A DNA stretch of 63,829 nt, the filler included, from Octopus bimaculoides (lineage: Eukaryota), in NCBI RefSeq assembly GCF_001194135.2. It is 7 parts of 6 records of this genome, joined end to end, with 100 filler letters (N's around TTAATTAATTAA, not from the genome) between each part and the next. Parts side by side here need not be neighbours in the genome. Positions count along the whole stretch, not along the records: positions 28,907 to 43,798 come from NC_068987.1; positions 43,899 to 58,488 come from NW_026352479.1; 5 more parts are not named here. The stretch is one strand, 5' to 3'. The translations under genes and the position numbers were made by a program. This document shows positions 39,864 through 52,160 of the stretch, one piece after another. The notes beneath the pieces are model-generated. The model ran no database searches. It was given only the letters and a program-made list of their open reading frames with translations, and had not been told where the DNA came from. The first letter of the stretch is position 1, and every line of letters begins with the position of its first letter.

Positions 39864-39939
39864 AGCATGACGATGAATTCGATGCGACCACCTCTCTTCT
39901 TGCCTAAAAATAAAACTGAAAGTAATTTTTTGTTTCGCG
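39864..39939 (+). CDS. Candidate 76-nt exon (phase-1 xAG-HDDEFDATTSLLA*; phase-0 open SMTMNSMRPPLFLPKNKTESNFLFR)
   Basis: TACTAAC at 39809 and 39839, acceptor ctccttatttcag|A, donor GCG|gtatgt. Confidence 0.5.
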
Positions 39940-41387
39940 GTATGTCATTTTGCTCCTAATGTGTATATATATGTAAATATATATTCTGCTTTGTTTCCAT
40001 CACTGTTTATTTCTTTTATTATTTTATTTTTTGTTTTACACTAACAAAGTATTGATATATTTTTTATTTCATGAATTTTATTTTTTCTTAAACTTTTCGT
40101 TAATTTTTCGTTTTACTTTATTTTCTTTATATATGTTTTTTTACACTTATTTAATCCTAGAATCTGTGTTTGAATGCCAGGCTTTATACTAACCCGGATG
40201 CCTAATTAACAGGTGCCATTTCTAATTTTTCATTCTTGCCCCGTATGAAGCTACCTTATCGGTAGGTCTCTTTCAATTTTTAGATGTTTTACACTTTAAC
40301 GCATATGCCCAAATACTTTATATACGTAAAGTGAAATATATATATATATATACATATATATATANNNNNNNNNNNNNNNNNNNNNNNNNNNNNNNNNNNN
40401 NNNNNNNNNNNNNNNNNNNNNNNNNNNNNNNNNNNNNNNNNNNNNNNNNNNNNNNNNNNNNNNNNNNNNNNNNNNNNNNNNNNNNNNNNNNNNNNNNNNN
40501 NNNNNNNNNNNNNNNNNNNNNNNNNNNNNNNNNNNNNNNNNNNNNNNNNNNNNNNNNNNNNNNNNNNNNNNNNNNNNNNNNNNNNNNNNNNNNNNNNNNN
40601 NNNNNNNNNNNNNNNNNNNNNNNNNNNNNNNNNNNNNNNNNNNNNNNNNNNNNNNNNNNNNNNNNNNNNNNNNNNNNNNNNNNNNNNNNNNNNNNNNNNN
40701 NNNNNNNNNNNNNNNNNNNNNNNNNNNNNNNNNNNNNNNNNNNNNNNNNNNNNNNNNNNNNNNNNNNNNNNNNNNNNNNNNNNNNNNNNNNNNNNNNNNN
40801 NNNNNNNNNNNNNNNNNNNNNNNNNNNNNNNNNNNNNNNNNNNNNNNNNNNNNNNNNNNNNNNNNNNNNNNNNNNNNNNNNNNNNNNNNNNNNNNNNNNN
40901 NNNNNNNNNNNNNNNNNNNNNNNNNNNNNNNNNNNNNNNNNNNNNNNNNNNNNNNNNNNNNNNNNNNNNNNNNNNNNNNNNNNNNNNNNNNNNNNNNNNN
41001 NNNNNNNNNNNNNNNNNNNNNNNNNNNNNNNNNNNNNNNNNNNNNNNNNNNNNNNNNNNNNNNNNNNNNNNNNNNNNNNNNNNNNNNNNNNNNNNNNNNN
41101 NNNTTTTATGTTTATATGAGTGTAAAAGAGAGTTTTAACATATTTTAAACTATTTCTCGCTCTGCTTTCTGAATATGAATATGGTTTTGCACAATTGTAT
41201 AATATAAAGATATAAATAAAAACTAAATTCTCTTTCCAGTAACGTAAACTTTTAAAGTGATTTTTAAATGTTTGCATGTATATGTGCATTTATAGGGGGA
41301 ATTCACAAAAAAAAAACAACAGATGAAGTCAGGTGGTGTAGAAAACAAATAGATGTATTAGTATAACGCTCAGGAATTGAAAAAGTT

Positions 41388-41423
41388 TTTTAACGTTTCT
41401 AGCCTACGCTCCTCCACAGAAAG
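41388..41423 (-). ncRNA. Minimal type I HHR motif, A6U variant, damaged stem II
   Basis: CTTT-CTGTGGA-G-GAGC-gtag-GCTA-GAAA-CG-T-T-AAAA; paralog of 22491-22526. Confidence 0.6.
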
Positions 41424-41725
41424 GAACACAGAAAGAAACAAGGAAAGAAACAAGGAGAGAAAAAATGTGTGTAGTTGTCAGCGATCTACCTCTGTGTGTT
41501 GCCTCTGAGTACGTATGTATGTGTGTGTGTGTGTGTGTCTGTGTCTGTATGTGCTTGTGTGTGTCTTTGTGTGCATATGCATGAATTTATATAGATGTGT
41601 ATACCTATCATTTAAGGAATTGTAAAATATAAAAACATATTTAGCATCACAAGATCTATGGTGTTTACTTAGCGAATGAAAATAAAACTTATTATTACCC
41701 TCCCTGCAATCTCTCTCCCTTTTTC

Positions 41726-41782
<57 letters not shown>

Positions 41783-42001
41783 ACATCTATGTTCTTTTAA
41801 TATGGGATAAAATGTTTTCAAAAATTTCATCCATTATGAAAATTATAAACAATTACAAATAAGGGCAAAAAATAGAAAATTCTATGGCAATATGCTGAGA
41901 AATAAAATGTAAATCGTCAACCATCACAATTTACACCACTATGAATACACATTGTGCTGAATCCAGGAAAGTAAGCTAACAGAATTTTTTCAAATGCGTT
42001 A

Positions 42002-42051
42002 TCTCTATATTTCGGGATTAATCAAACGGATTTTCCCCTCATCAGTAGAGA
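42002..42051 (-). ncRNA. Type I HHR, copy 1 (core intact, stem III deleted)
   Basis: TCTCTA-CTGATGA-GGGGAAAATCCGTTTGATTAATCCC-GAAA-T-A-TAGAGA. Confidence 0.75.
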
Positions 42052-42488
42052 ATACTATAAGAAATAAATCAAATGTTTACAAGCATCCATGGAAAAAAGC
42101 AGAAGCAAATGTCATGTGTACACATAAGTACCCCAATTATATCTAAATATAAAATTTTGTAGTGAGCCTCAGCACACGTGGGATTGGTCAGGAACCACAA
42201 CTTAGAGTGGACATCAGTCCCGATGTGAATGGCAATAAATTTAGTTTTAATACAGGATACATTTTTTTTCAAAAACTTCAACAAGTGGCCCGCATATTAA
42301 AATATCTTTAAGGGAGAAAATTATAAACAATTATAAATAGATATGGGCAAATGAAAAAAAAATCTATACCAATATGCTGAGAAATAGACTTTAAATCGTT
42401 AATCAGCTCATACAATATCCATCAGTATGAATACACGTCGTGCTGAAATCGAGGAAAGCAAGCTAACGGAACTTTTTTAAATGCGTTA

Positions 42489-42546
42489 CCTCTATATTGA
42501 ATCAATTTCGGTATTAATCCAACGGATTTCCCCTCATTAGTTGAGA
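42489..42546 (-). ncRNA. Type I HHR, copy 2 (G5A lesion)
   Basis: TCTCAA-CTAATGA-GGGGAAATCCGTTGGATTAATACC-GAAA-TTG-ATT-CAA-T-A-TAGAGG. Confidence 0.75.
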
Positions 42547-42931
42547 ATACGATAAGAAATAAATTAAATACTTACAAGCACCCATAGAAAAAAGCAGAAG
42601 CAAAAGTCATGTGTACACATAAGTACCCCAGTTATATCTAAATATAAAATTCCGTAGCGAATCTCAGCACACATACTTTTGCTTCTGCTTTTTCTCCACT
42701 TGGTGAAATTTTTGAATGATATTTATCCTATACTAAAAGTAAATTTATTGCCATTCACTTCGAGACTGGTGACCACTCTAAGTTGTGATTCCTGACCAAT
42801 CCCACGTGTGCTGAGGCTCGCTACGGAATTTTATATTTAGATATAACTTGGGTACTTATGTGTACACATGACTTTAGCTTCTGCTTTTGTCCATGGGTGC
42901 TTGTAAGTATTTCATTTATTTCTTATCATAT

Positions 42932-42990
42932 TCTCTACTGATGTGGTGCAAATCCGTTGGATTAATTCCGAAATTGATTCAATATAGAGA
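42932..42990 (+). ncRNA. Type I HHR, copy 3 (A9U lesion)
   Basis: TCTCTA-CTGATGT-GGTGCAAATCCGTTGGATTAATTCC-GAAA-TTG-ATT-CAA-T-A-TAGAGA. Confidence 0.78.
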
Positions 42991-43171
42991 TAACGCATTT
43001 TAGAAAATTCTGTTAGCTTGCTTTCCTGGATTCAGCACAATGTGTATTCATAGTGGTGTATACTGTATATGGTGATTGACGATTTAAATTCTATTTCTCA
43101 GCATATTGACATAGACATTTTTTCATTTGCCCTTATTTATAATTATCTCTCTTTCTCTCTCCATTTATCTA

Positions 43172-43210
<39 letters not shown>

Positions 43211-43387
43211 NNNNNNNNNNNNNNNNNNNNNNNNNNNNNNNNNNATATATATATGTATGTATATATATATATATATACTCGATTCAAACATGAACAAGCA
43301 AGAAAAAACTCGAGCAAACAACAACGCGAGGACGTGGAATAAGTACAGTGTTATTGGACGCACAGGTGTGGAAACAAAAGAAAGAGG

Positions 43388-43422
43388 ATTTAACGTTTCA
43401 AATGGAGCTCTTCGTCAGAAAT
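43388..43422 (-). ncRNA. Minimal type I HHR motif, stem II decayed
   Basis: ATTT-CTGACGA-A-GAGC-tcc-ATTT-GAAA-CG-T-T-AAAT; the 3' arm GCTC appears to have decayed to ATTT by transitions. Confidence 0.6.
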
Positions 43423-43571
43423 ATAGGAAAAGTCCAAAGAAGGGAAAACAGAGAAAGAATATATATATATATATTTATACATTCTTTTAATACAGTTCTA
43501 TATTTAAGAGATGAGGAATTATGTACATTATTTACATTTGATAAATATATGTCCTCATCTTGCTTGTTGTT

Positions 43572-43617
43572 AACACTACCTTTCGGCTGATATACCCTGC
43601 AGCCATCATCAGGTGTC
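43572..43617 (-). ncRNA. Minimal type I HHR motif with intact catalytic core
   Basis: GACAC-CTGATGA-T-GGCTG-cagggtatat-CAGCC-GAAA-GG-T-A-GTGTT: stem I 5 bp, stem II 5 bp, GUA triplet. Confidence 0.8.
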
Positions 43618-43665
43618 TTGGGGAAATGTCGATCCTGAGTTCTCATTAATAAGGTATTTTTCAAA

Positions 43666-43789
<124 letters not shown>

Positions 43790-43898
43790 CGGGTCCCTNN
43801 NNNNNNNNNNNNNNNNNNNNNNNNNNNNNNNNNNNNNNNNNNTTAATTAATTAANNNNNNNNNNNNNNNNNNNNNNNNNNNNNNNNNNNNNNNNNNNN

Positions 43899-43933
<35 letters not shown>

Positions 43934-44773
43934 TCTGAATTCATATATGTATAAATATTTTAAATATTATCTAGGGAATAACCTCACAATGCGCATTTTG
44001 AAGCTCCTATACTGTTATCGGCTACCATATGCCATCATAGAGCACGTTATTCCCTAAGTTAGATAAACGCGTGTAAAGAACTCGTATACATTTATACAAG
44101 ATAAGAAAGAAAACAGGTTTGGTAACAAATTACAACTTTGTTGTATAAAGCCAGACATTGTTGTATGGGTCAGCGAGCAAAAGTCATGCGCTTTTATAAA
44201 GATCAGCTGCCCAGCAGATGCGAATGACATTTCAAAATTAGTAGATATGATGAGAAACCTATTTTCATATGTAAACTATTCACATATATATTCCGGGGTT
44301 CGTAACGAAAGGTCTGCCTAGAAGCATAGAAATTGTCGGGTACCCCAAAGAAGAATAGAATAAATTGATTGGCATACCCCAGATACAATCAATTAAATGT
44401 CCAGTGAAAGGATCTAAAACGTTTCAAGGATTCTGTTTGAAGTTCTTGGGCTGAACACATGCCCACAATCACAACCCGATTTCAAGTTTATACACAAATA
44501 CATATGTGAGTATCTGTGAGTGTGTATGTATATATGTGGGCATGCACGCATATATCTTTTGTCTTTCTTTTTCATTGTTTTTTCCTATTTCAGTCATTAG
44601 TCAATGGCCAAGAATTTGATTTCAGATGCTGAGTTTCTACAACTGTCCTTACCGAGAATTCTTGAAAAGATTTTCATACTTGCTCCTTTACGCTGCCTAC
44701 CTCCTGATGATAACCGAAATAATAGCTTAGAAATCGCTTGGTACTCAGCCGTGTGGCAACGGCCATCAAAGCG

Positions 44774-44810
<37 letters not shown>

Positions 44811-45786
44811 NNNNNNNNNNNNNNNNNNNNNNNNNNNNNNNNNNNNNNNNNNNNNNNNNNNNNNNNNNNNNNNNNNNNNNNNNNNNNNNNNNNNNNNNNN
44901 NNNNNNNNNNNNNNNNNNNNNNNNNNNNNNNNNNNNNNNNNNNNNNNNNNNNNNNNNNNNNNNNNNNNNNNNNNNNNNNNNNNNNNNNNNNNNNNNNNNN
45001 NNNNNNNNNNNNNNNNNNNNNNNNNNNNNNNNNNNNNNNNNNNNNNNNNNNNNNNNNNNNNNNNNNNNNNNNNNNNNNNNNNNNNNNNNNNNNNNNNNNN
45101 NNNNNNNNNNNNNNNNNNNNNNNNNNNNNNNNNNNNNNNNNNNNNNNNNNNNNNNNNNNNNNNNNNNNNNNNNNNNNNNNNNNNNNNNNNNNNNNNNNNN
45201 NNNNNNNNNNNNNNNNNNNNNNNNNNNNNNNNNNNNNNNNNNNNNNNNNNNNNNNNNNNNNNNNNNNNNNNNNNNNNNNNNNNNNNNNNNNNNNNNNNNN
45301 NNNNNNNNNNNNNNNNNNNNNNNNNNNNNNNNNNNNNNNNNNNNNNNNNNNNNNNNNNNNNNNNNNNNNNNNNNNNNNNNNNNNNNNNNNNNNNNNNNNN
45401 NNNNNNNNNNNNNNNNNNNNNNNNNNNNNNNNNNNNNNNNNNNNNNNNNNNNNNNNNNNNNNNNNNNNNNNNNNNNNNNNNNNNNNNNNNNNNNNNNNNN
45501 NNNNNNNNNNNNNNNNNNNNNNNNNNNNNNNNNNNNNNNNNNNNNNNNNNNNNNNNNNNNNNNNNNNNNNNNNNNNNNNNNNNNNNNNNNNNNNNNNNNN
45601 NNNNNNNNNNNNNNNNNNNNNNNNNNNNNNNNNNNNNNNNNNNNNNNNNNNNNNNNNNNNNNNNNNNNNNNNNNNNNNNNNNNNNNNNNNNNNNNNNNNN
45701 NNNNNNNNNNNNNNNNNNNNNNNNNNNNNNNNNNNNNNNNNNNNNNNNNNNNNNNNNNNNNNNNNNNNNNNNNNNNNNNNNNNNNN

Positions 45787-45817
<31 letters not shown>

Positions 45818-45839
45818 ATGTATATATATATATATGTGT

Positions 45840-45990
45840 GTGTTATTGGTTGTGGTTATGCTGGGGCACCGCCTTGAAGGGTTTTAGTCGAACTAGACGA
45901 CCCCGGTACTCATTTGTTTAGAGTCTTTTATTTTACGCCACTGCTAGTCTACGAGAACGCAAACAAGCCAACACCGGCTGTTAAGTGGTA
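45840..45990 (-). mobile_element. SINE family C 3' half (diverged)
   Basis: Reverse-complement match to family C tail. Confidence 0.65.
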
Positions 45991-46243
45991 TATATACAAG
46001 CACACATATGTATATATGTATAAATAGATAGACAGACACGTGTGTTTATGTGAGTCTGTGGTGTGTTTGTGTGTGTGTGAATGCATGCATATAAATTATT
46101 TAATTTTTTCAGTGATATACTTGATCTATACCTGTGAAAAACACAAATAGATTTAGCATTTCGGAACTCCTTGATACGATAAGATCATAAAGGGCGCAGC
46201 ACTTCCGTAACATAGGGAAGGGAAAGTCATATGTCTGTAATTA

Positions 46244-46296
<53 letters not shown>

Positions 46297-47192
46297 NNNN
46301 NNNNNNNNNNNNNNNNNNNNNNNNNNNNNNNNNNNNNNNNNNNNNNNNNNNNNNNNNNNNNNNNNNNNNNNNNNNNNNNNNNNNNNNNNNNNNNNNNNNN
46401 NNNNNNNNNNNNNNNNNNNNNNNNNNNNNNNNNNNNNNNNNNNNNNNNNNNNNNNNNNNNNNNNNNNNNNNNNNNNNNNNNNNNNNNNNNNNNNNNNNNN
46501 NNNNNNNNNNNNNNNNNNNNNNNNNNNNNNNNNNNNNNNNNNNNNNNNNNNNNNNNNNNNNNNNNNNNNNNNNNNNNNNNNNNNNNNNNNNNNNNNNNNN
46601 NNNNNNNNNNNNNNNNNNNNNNNNNNNNNNNNNNNNNNNNNNNNNNNNNNNNNNNNNNNNNNNNNNNNNNNNNNNNNNNNNNNNNNNNNNNNNNNNNNNN
46701 NNNNNNNNNNNNNNNNNNNNNNNNNNNNNNNNNNNNNNATATATATATATATATATATGCATACATACATATATATATATATATATATGCATACATACAT
46801 ATATATATATATATATGCATATATATGCATTTATGTATGTATCTATGACACATATATACATAAAATACGTATATATATATATATGTCTGTATATATGTAT
46901 GTATAACACATGCATACATAAAATGCGTATATATTTTTTTATGAAAAATATATCATCCATACAAACCAAAAACAAAATAACAATAAATAACAAAGACAAA
47001 AAAAACCCAAAATAACAAAGTACAAACCCCATAAAAGAAAAGGAAAATAATTAACAACATAAAATGAAAGAAAACGAGACAACAAAAAAAAAGACGACAA
47101 CAAAACAGAGAAAGAGAAATTTACAAACAAATATGAGAAAAATAAAAAATAAATAATAAAAAATTCTACTAGGACCATATATTTTAAATCAC

Positions 47193-47324
47193 CTGTAGTG
47201 CCGAATATAGAATGTGTCAAATCATTGCCATCGGCCATTAATGATTCATGGACGCCATGATGGATCTCACACCAAGAGAATAATATGATTAAAACCGTAT
47301 CAATAGCATAGCGACGTGGAACAC
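47193..47324 (-). CDS. Candidate 132-nt exon (phase-1 open: VPRRYAIDTVLIILFSWCEIHHGVHESLMADGNDLTHSIFGTT; phase-2: CSTSLCY*)
   Basis: Acceptor tttttcgtttctgtcatttctcgatag|G, donor CAG|gtgatt; length divisible by 3; GC and CpG above background. Confidence 0.45.
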
Positions 47325-47478
47325 CTATCGAGAAATGACAGAAACGAAAAATATATTACATCTGTCTCCTTTCTGTCAATTTCTGTCTCTTATTCTCTTG
47401 TCTAAAAAGACAGAGGTTGGCGTACAACTTACGGCACTTCGATTCACACTCATGCAAGACATGCCGGCATATACACAC

Positions 47479-47510
<32 letters not shown>

Positions 47511-48175
47511 NNNNNNNNNNNNNNNNNNNNNNNNNNNNNNNNNNNNNNNNNNNNNNNNNNNNNNNNNNNNNNNNNNNNNNNNNNNNNNNNNNNNNNNNNN
47601 NNNNNNNNNNNNNNNNNNNNNNNNNNNNNNNNNNNNNNNNNNNNNNNNNNNNNNNNNNNNNNNNNNNNNNNNNNNNNNNNNNNNNNNNNNNNNNNNNNNN
47701 NNNNNNNNNNNNNNNNNNNNNNNNNNNNNNNNNNNNNNNNNNNNNNNNNNNNNNNNNNNNNNNNNNNNNNNNNNNNNNNNNNNNNNNNNNNNNNNNNNNN
47801 NNNNNNNNNNNNNNNNNNNNNNNNNNNNNNNNNNNNNNNNNNNNNNNNNNNNNNNNNNNNNNNNNNNNNNNNNNNNNNNNNNNNNNNNNNNNNNNNNNNN
47901 NNNNNNNNNNNNNNNNNNNNNNNNNNNNNNNNNNNNNNNNNNNNNNNNNNNNNNNNNNNNNNNNNNNNNNNNNNNNNNNNNNNNNNNNNNNNNNNNNNNN
48001 NNNNNNNNNNNNNNNNNNNNNNNNNNNNNNNNNNNNNNNNNNNNNNNNNNNNNNNNNNNNNNNNNNNNNNNNNNNNNNNNNNNNNNNNNNNNNNNNNNNN
48101 NNNNNNNNNNNNNNNNNNNNNNNNNNNNNNNNNNNNNNNNNNNNNNNNNNNNNNNNNNNNNNNNNNNNNNNNNNN

Positions 48176-48209
<34 letters not shown>

Positions 48210-48449
48210 CACATGTGTTTATATATAATTAGATGCATGTGTACATGTGTGTTTATTCGTGTGTATATATATATATATACACACACATATATATACACCC
48301 ACATATATTTTCGTGCGTTTTATTTTAGTGTGTATATGTACTTCAATGTGCGTGTTTTCAACCCATCACGAATATATATAGCCATTAGCCATGAACGTTG
48401 TGTATATTATATGAATGCAAATATCCGTATTGATGAATATAGATTCACA

Positions 48450-48490
<41 letters not shown>

Positions 48491-48783
48491 TCAAATAGAA
48501 AGGATATTCTGTTTAAAATCATAAATATTTCTGTAACTATGAATGCAAAATCATTGACATATTTTTCAAGTATATAGTCTGTCTCTCTGTCTGTCAGTAT
48601 GTATGTATGTATGAGTGTGTGTATATATCTATTTATCTATCTATCTATATATTGTATCTATCTTTTTATATATCTATGTATTATCATGCATATACGGATA
48701 AATAGATATAGTTATATGATTAGATCAACATTCTCTGTGTGTGCATGTGAAAGTTTGTGTATGCATATGTGTATGTCTTAGTG

Positions 48784-48856
<73 letters not shown>

Positions 48857-49949
48857 NNNNNNNNNNNNNNNNNNNNNNNNNNNNNNNNNNNNNNNNNNNN
48901 NNNNNNNNNNNNNNNNNNNNNNNNNNNNNNNNNNNNNNNNNNNNNNNNNNNNNNNNNNNNNNNNNNNNNNNNNNNNNNNNNNNNNNNNNNNNNNNNNNNN
49001 NNNNNNNNNNNNNNNNNNNNNNNNNNNNNNNNNNNNNNNNNNNNNNNNNNNNNNNNNNNNNNNNNNNNNNNNNNNNNNNNNNNNNNNNNNNNNNNNNNNN
49101 NNNNNNNNNNNNNNNNNNNNNNNNNNNNNNNNNNNNNNNNNNNNNNNNNNNNNNNNNNNNNNNNNNNNNNNNNNNNNNNNNNNNNNNNNNNNNNNNNNNN
49201 NNNNNNNNNNNNNNNNNNNNNNNNNNNNNNNNNNNNNNNNNNNNNNNNNNNNNNNNNNNNNNNNNNNNNNNNNNNNNNNNNNNNNNNNNNNNNNNNNNNN
49301 NNNNNNNNNNNNNNNNNNNNNNNNNNNNNNNNNNNNNNNNNNNNNNNNNNNNNNNNNNNNNNNNNNNNNNNNNNNNNNNNNNNNNNNNNNNNNNNNNNNN
49401 NNNNNNNNNNNNNNNNNNNNNNNNNNNNNNNNNNNNNNNNNNNNNNNNNNNAGAGAGAGAGAGAGAGAGAGAGAGAGACTGAGAAATAGATTGATAGATA
49501 GAGAGATAAATAGATAAACAGTGATAGATAGCTTGACAGATAGATAGACAGATAGATAGAGAGAGAAACAGTATAAAGTATAAAGTTATATTGAACATAT
49601 ATGAATATAAGCATATTTGCATGTATATGAATTTATTTTATATAAATATATATACGTATGTCTGTACATACTTTTCTATCTTCATGCGTATATAAACGAA
49701 TTGTAATGGTTGTCTGTGTGCGCGTTTTCATATATACATATATAACTATGTATATTGTAAACATATATTATATATATATATATATAAATACATACATGCG
49801 CATACAATCACATAAACTCAGTTTTCTCCTGCACACTCACACATATGCACACAGACACAGACACACAAACAAAAACAAACACATATAACATCCACAATGC
49901 TGTACTCACATCTTCATTAAAACGAGAATACAATCATTACTTCATATAT

Positions 49950-49993
<44 letters not shown>

Positions 49994-50218
49994 CTTCAAT
50001 TCCTGTACGATTTTCCACGCGCCTGTGCATTTGTATGTCTATGTATTTGTTTATATATATGTGTGTGTGTGTGTGTGTGTTATGTGTATACGTGTGTGTG
50101 TGTATACACATGTATGCATATATGCATGTATGCACACACATACACACACGCGAATATGTAGCCATGTATGCATATATATATGTGTATATATATATATACA
50201 TTTATATATGTATGTATG

Positions 50219-50250
<32 letters not shown>

Positions 50251-51090
50251 CGTGCGTGCGTGAGTGTGCGTATGTGTGTGTGAATGTGTATGTGTGTACG
50301 TAAAATAATCTGGTAATCCATGCATGCCCAAGTATTTACCTGCTTGTCTATCTTTCTGCCAACATTAGTATATCTTACACATACATACATATATATATAT
50401 ATATGTATATTCATGCATATCATACAATAATTCATTCACGCTTGTATGCGTCACCATATTCATACATAGATATGAAACTACATATAGATATATATATATA
50501 GATATATATATATATCATGCATGCAATCATTCTTGCATGAATGCATAGTTGTATACGTAAATGCATTCCTACATGCATACATACATACATACATACATAC
50601 ATACACGTATACACTGTTTGTATCTGCGCTCTGCCGCCCGTAGGACATGGTAGAGAAATTGCATTATATTTACTTGGCATGATGTTCTGTGTTGTAGAAT
50701 GATGGCTGACTGTCAAATGTAGGATACCATTGTTGGAAAAGCTCTTATTTATCAAAGGTCATGTATCGTTCTCTTCCACTTGATTCTTCAGATTAAAGGT
50801 TTCAAGGATCGTGTCCTATCCCATCTGTGATATAAACCATTCACATTTACACAGTGGAATTTTGTTTGTTTTTTTAAAGAATTTTCTTCAGTGATATGTT
50901 TTATTATTTTTTTTGCGGTTTTCTTTTTTGCATCTTCTTTGAATATTGTTTCTATTTCTTACATATTCTCAGTTAACTACTTACATTTCTTAACGCTAAC
51001 CCCCACCATGTATGTAATTTGTTCCTCTAATACCTACTTATCTGTTGCCCTTGTGGCAAATAAAGATATTTATTACCATCATGACCGTTA

Positions 51091-51121
<31 letters not shown>

Positions 51122-51144
51122 GATCATCATCATTACAATTAATA

Positions 51145-51356
51145 CGGTGAGCTGGCAGAATCGTTACCGTGCCGGGTGAAATGCTTAACGGCATTTCGCC
51201 AGGCTTTACTTTCTGAGTTCAAATTCCACCGACGAGGTCGACTTAGCCTTTTATCCTTTCGGGATCGATAAATTAAGTACCAGTTGCATCATTTGGTCGA
51301 TCTAATCGACTGGCCCCACTCACCCAAATTTCAGGCCTTGTGCCTATAGTACAAAG
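51145..51356 (+). mobile_element. SINE family A, full length, between (ATT)n tracts
   Basis: ACGGTGAGCTGGCAGAATCGTTACC...TTTCAGGCCTTGTGCCTATAGTACAAAGG. Confidence 0.92.
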
Positions 51357-51357
51357 G

Positions 51358-51398
<41 letters not shown>

Positions 51399-51404
51399 CA
51401 TCAT

Positions 51405-51900
51405 CATCATTGAGTGAGAGAGCAGGGCATGCCATCAAAGTGACACTGGGGTAAAATATACGAAGCCCATTATACCCATCATGACTACCGGTCTGATAAG
51501 GGTACACCAGGCACATGCATCACAACTATATGTGCGTGACATGGTGATCTCATATCAAGATAAACAGCACATGACCTCGCAGGTGGGGCCCAGTTAGAAT
51601 TTTCTTCAGGTCGAGTAGCCCATCCCACTCAAAAGGACCCTGAATTAGGTTTGTTTAAGGACGTTGAGCAAAATACCCATGTTTCCAAAGGTGAATTATT
51701 CAAAGCACAAAGAATTCCTCTCAACACATGGCTACGATGCTCCCCCACAACCTCTGCTCATGATCAGAGATGCACATATCATCAGCCACCAGGGGATATG
51801 CTCAACTGGTTAAGGTCAAACAACTGACAAGCAAATTTGTGGTATTAAGGAGAATATTTGTTTTAGCCCATCTTTTATACCAAGACAAAACAATGTACAA
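51405..51900 (-). mobile_element. Interspersed repeat, probable LINE 3' region or SINE ending in (TGA)n; unclassified
   Basis: Non-coding ~500-bp block abutting a CATCATCATT tail; recalled as resembling a common Octopus repeat, not verified. Confidence 0.45.
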
Positions 51901-52160
51901 AAACAAAGATCAGAAGCCATGAGAGCCACTGCCTAGTACTGCATCCGGGCATATTATTATCATTATTATTATTACTATTATTATTACTATTATTATTATT
52001 ATTATTATTATTATTGATGGTGGTGGTATAATTATTATTACGAATTTGTTTACACACAAGTGCCATGATTCGGATCGAACCAGTGAATTTCTTATTACTA
52101 AATCGGCAGATTTCATAGCAAATGAAGAAAAATGAATGATGCTATTGTAAAGAGAGCCTG

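Larger units (their letters stand above)
41839..43144. repeat. Retrozyme-like array: two tandem copies (478-bp period) plus one inverted copy
   Basis: Copy 1 41839-42288, copy 2 42317-42672 (truncated), copy 3 42696-43144 (reverse complement); one HHR motif per copy. Confidence 0.88.

Noticed and set aside
44705-44735. CTGATGA-TAACC-GAAA...GAAA hammerhead-like words
   Set aside because: No convincing stem II, and no stem I or III partner
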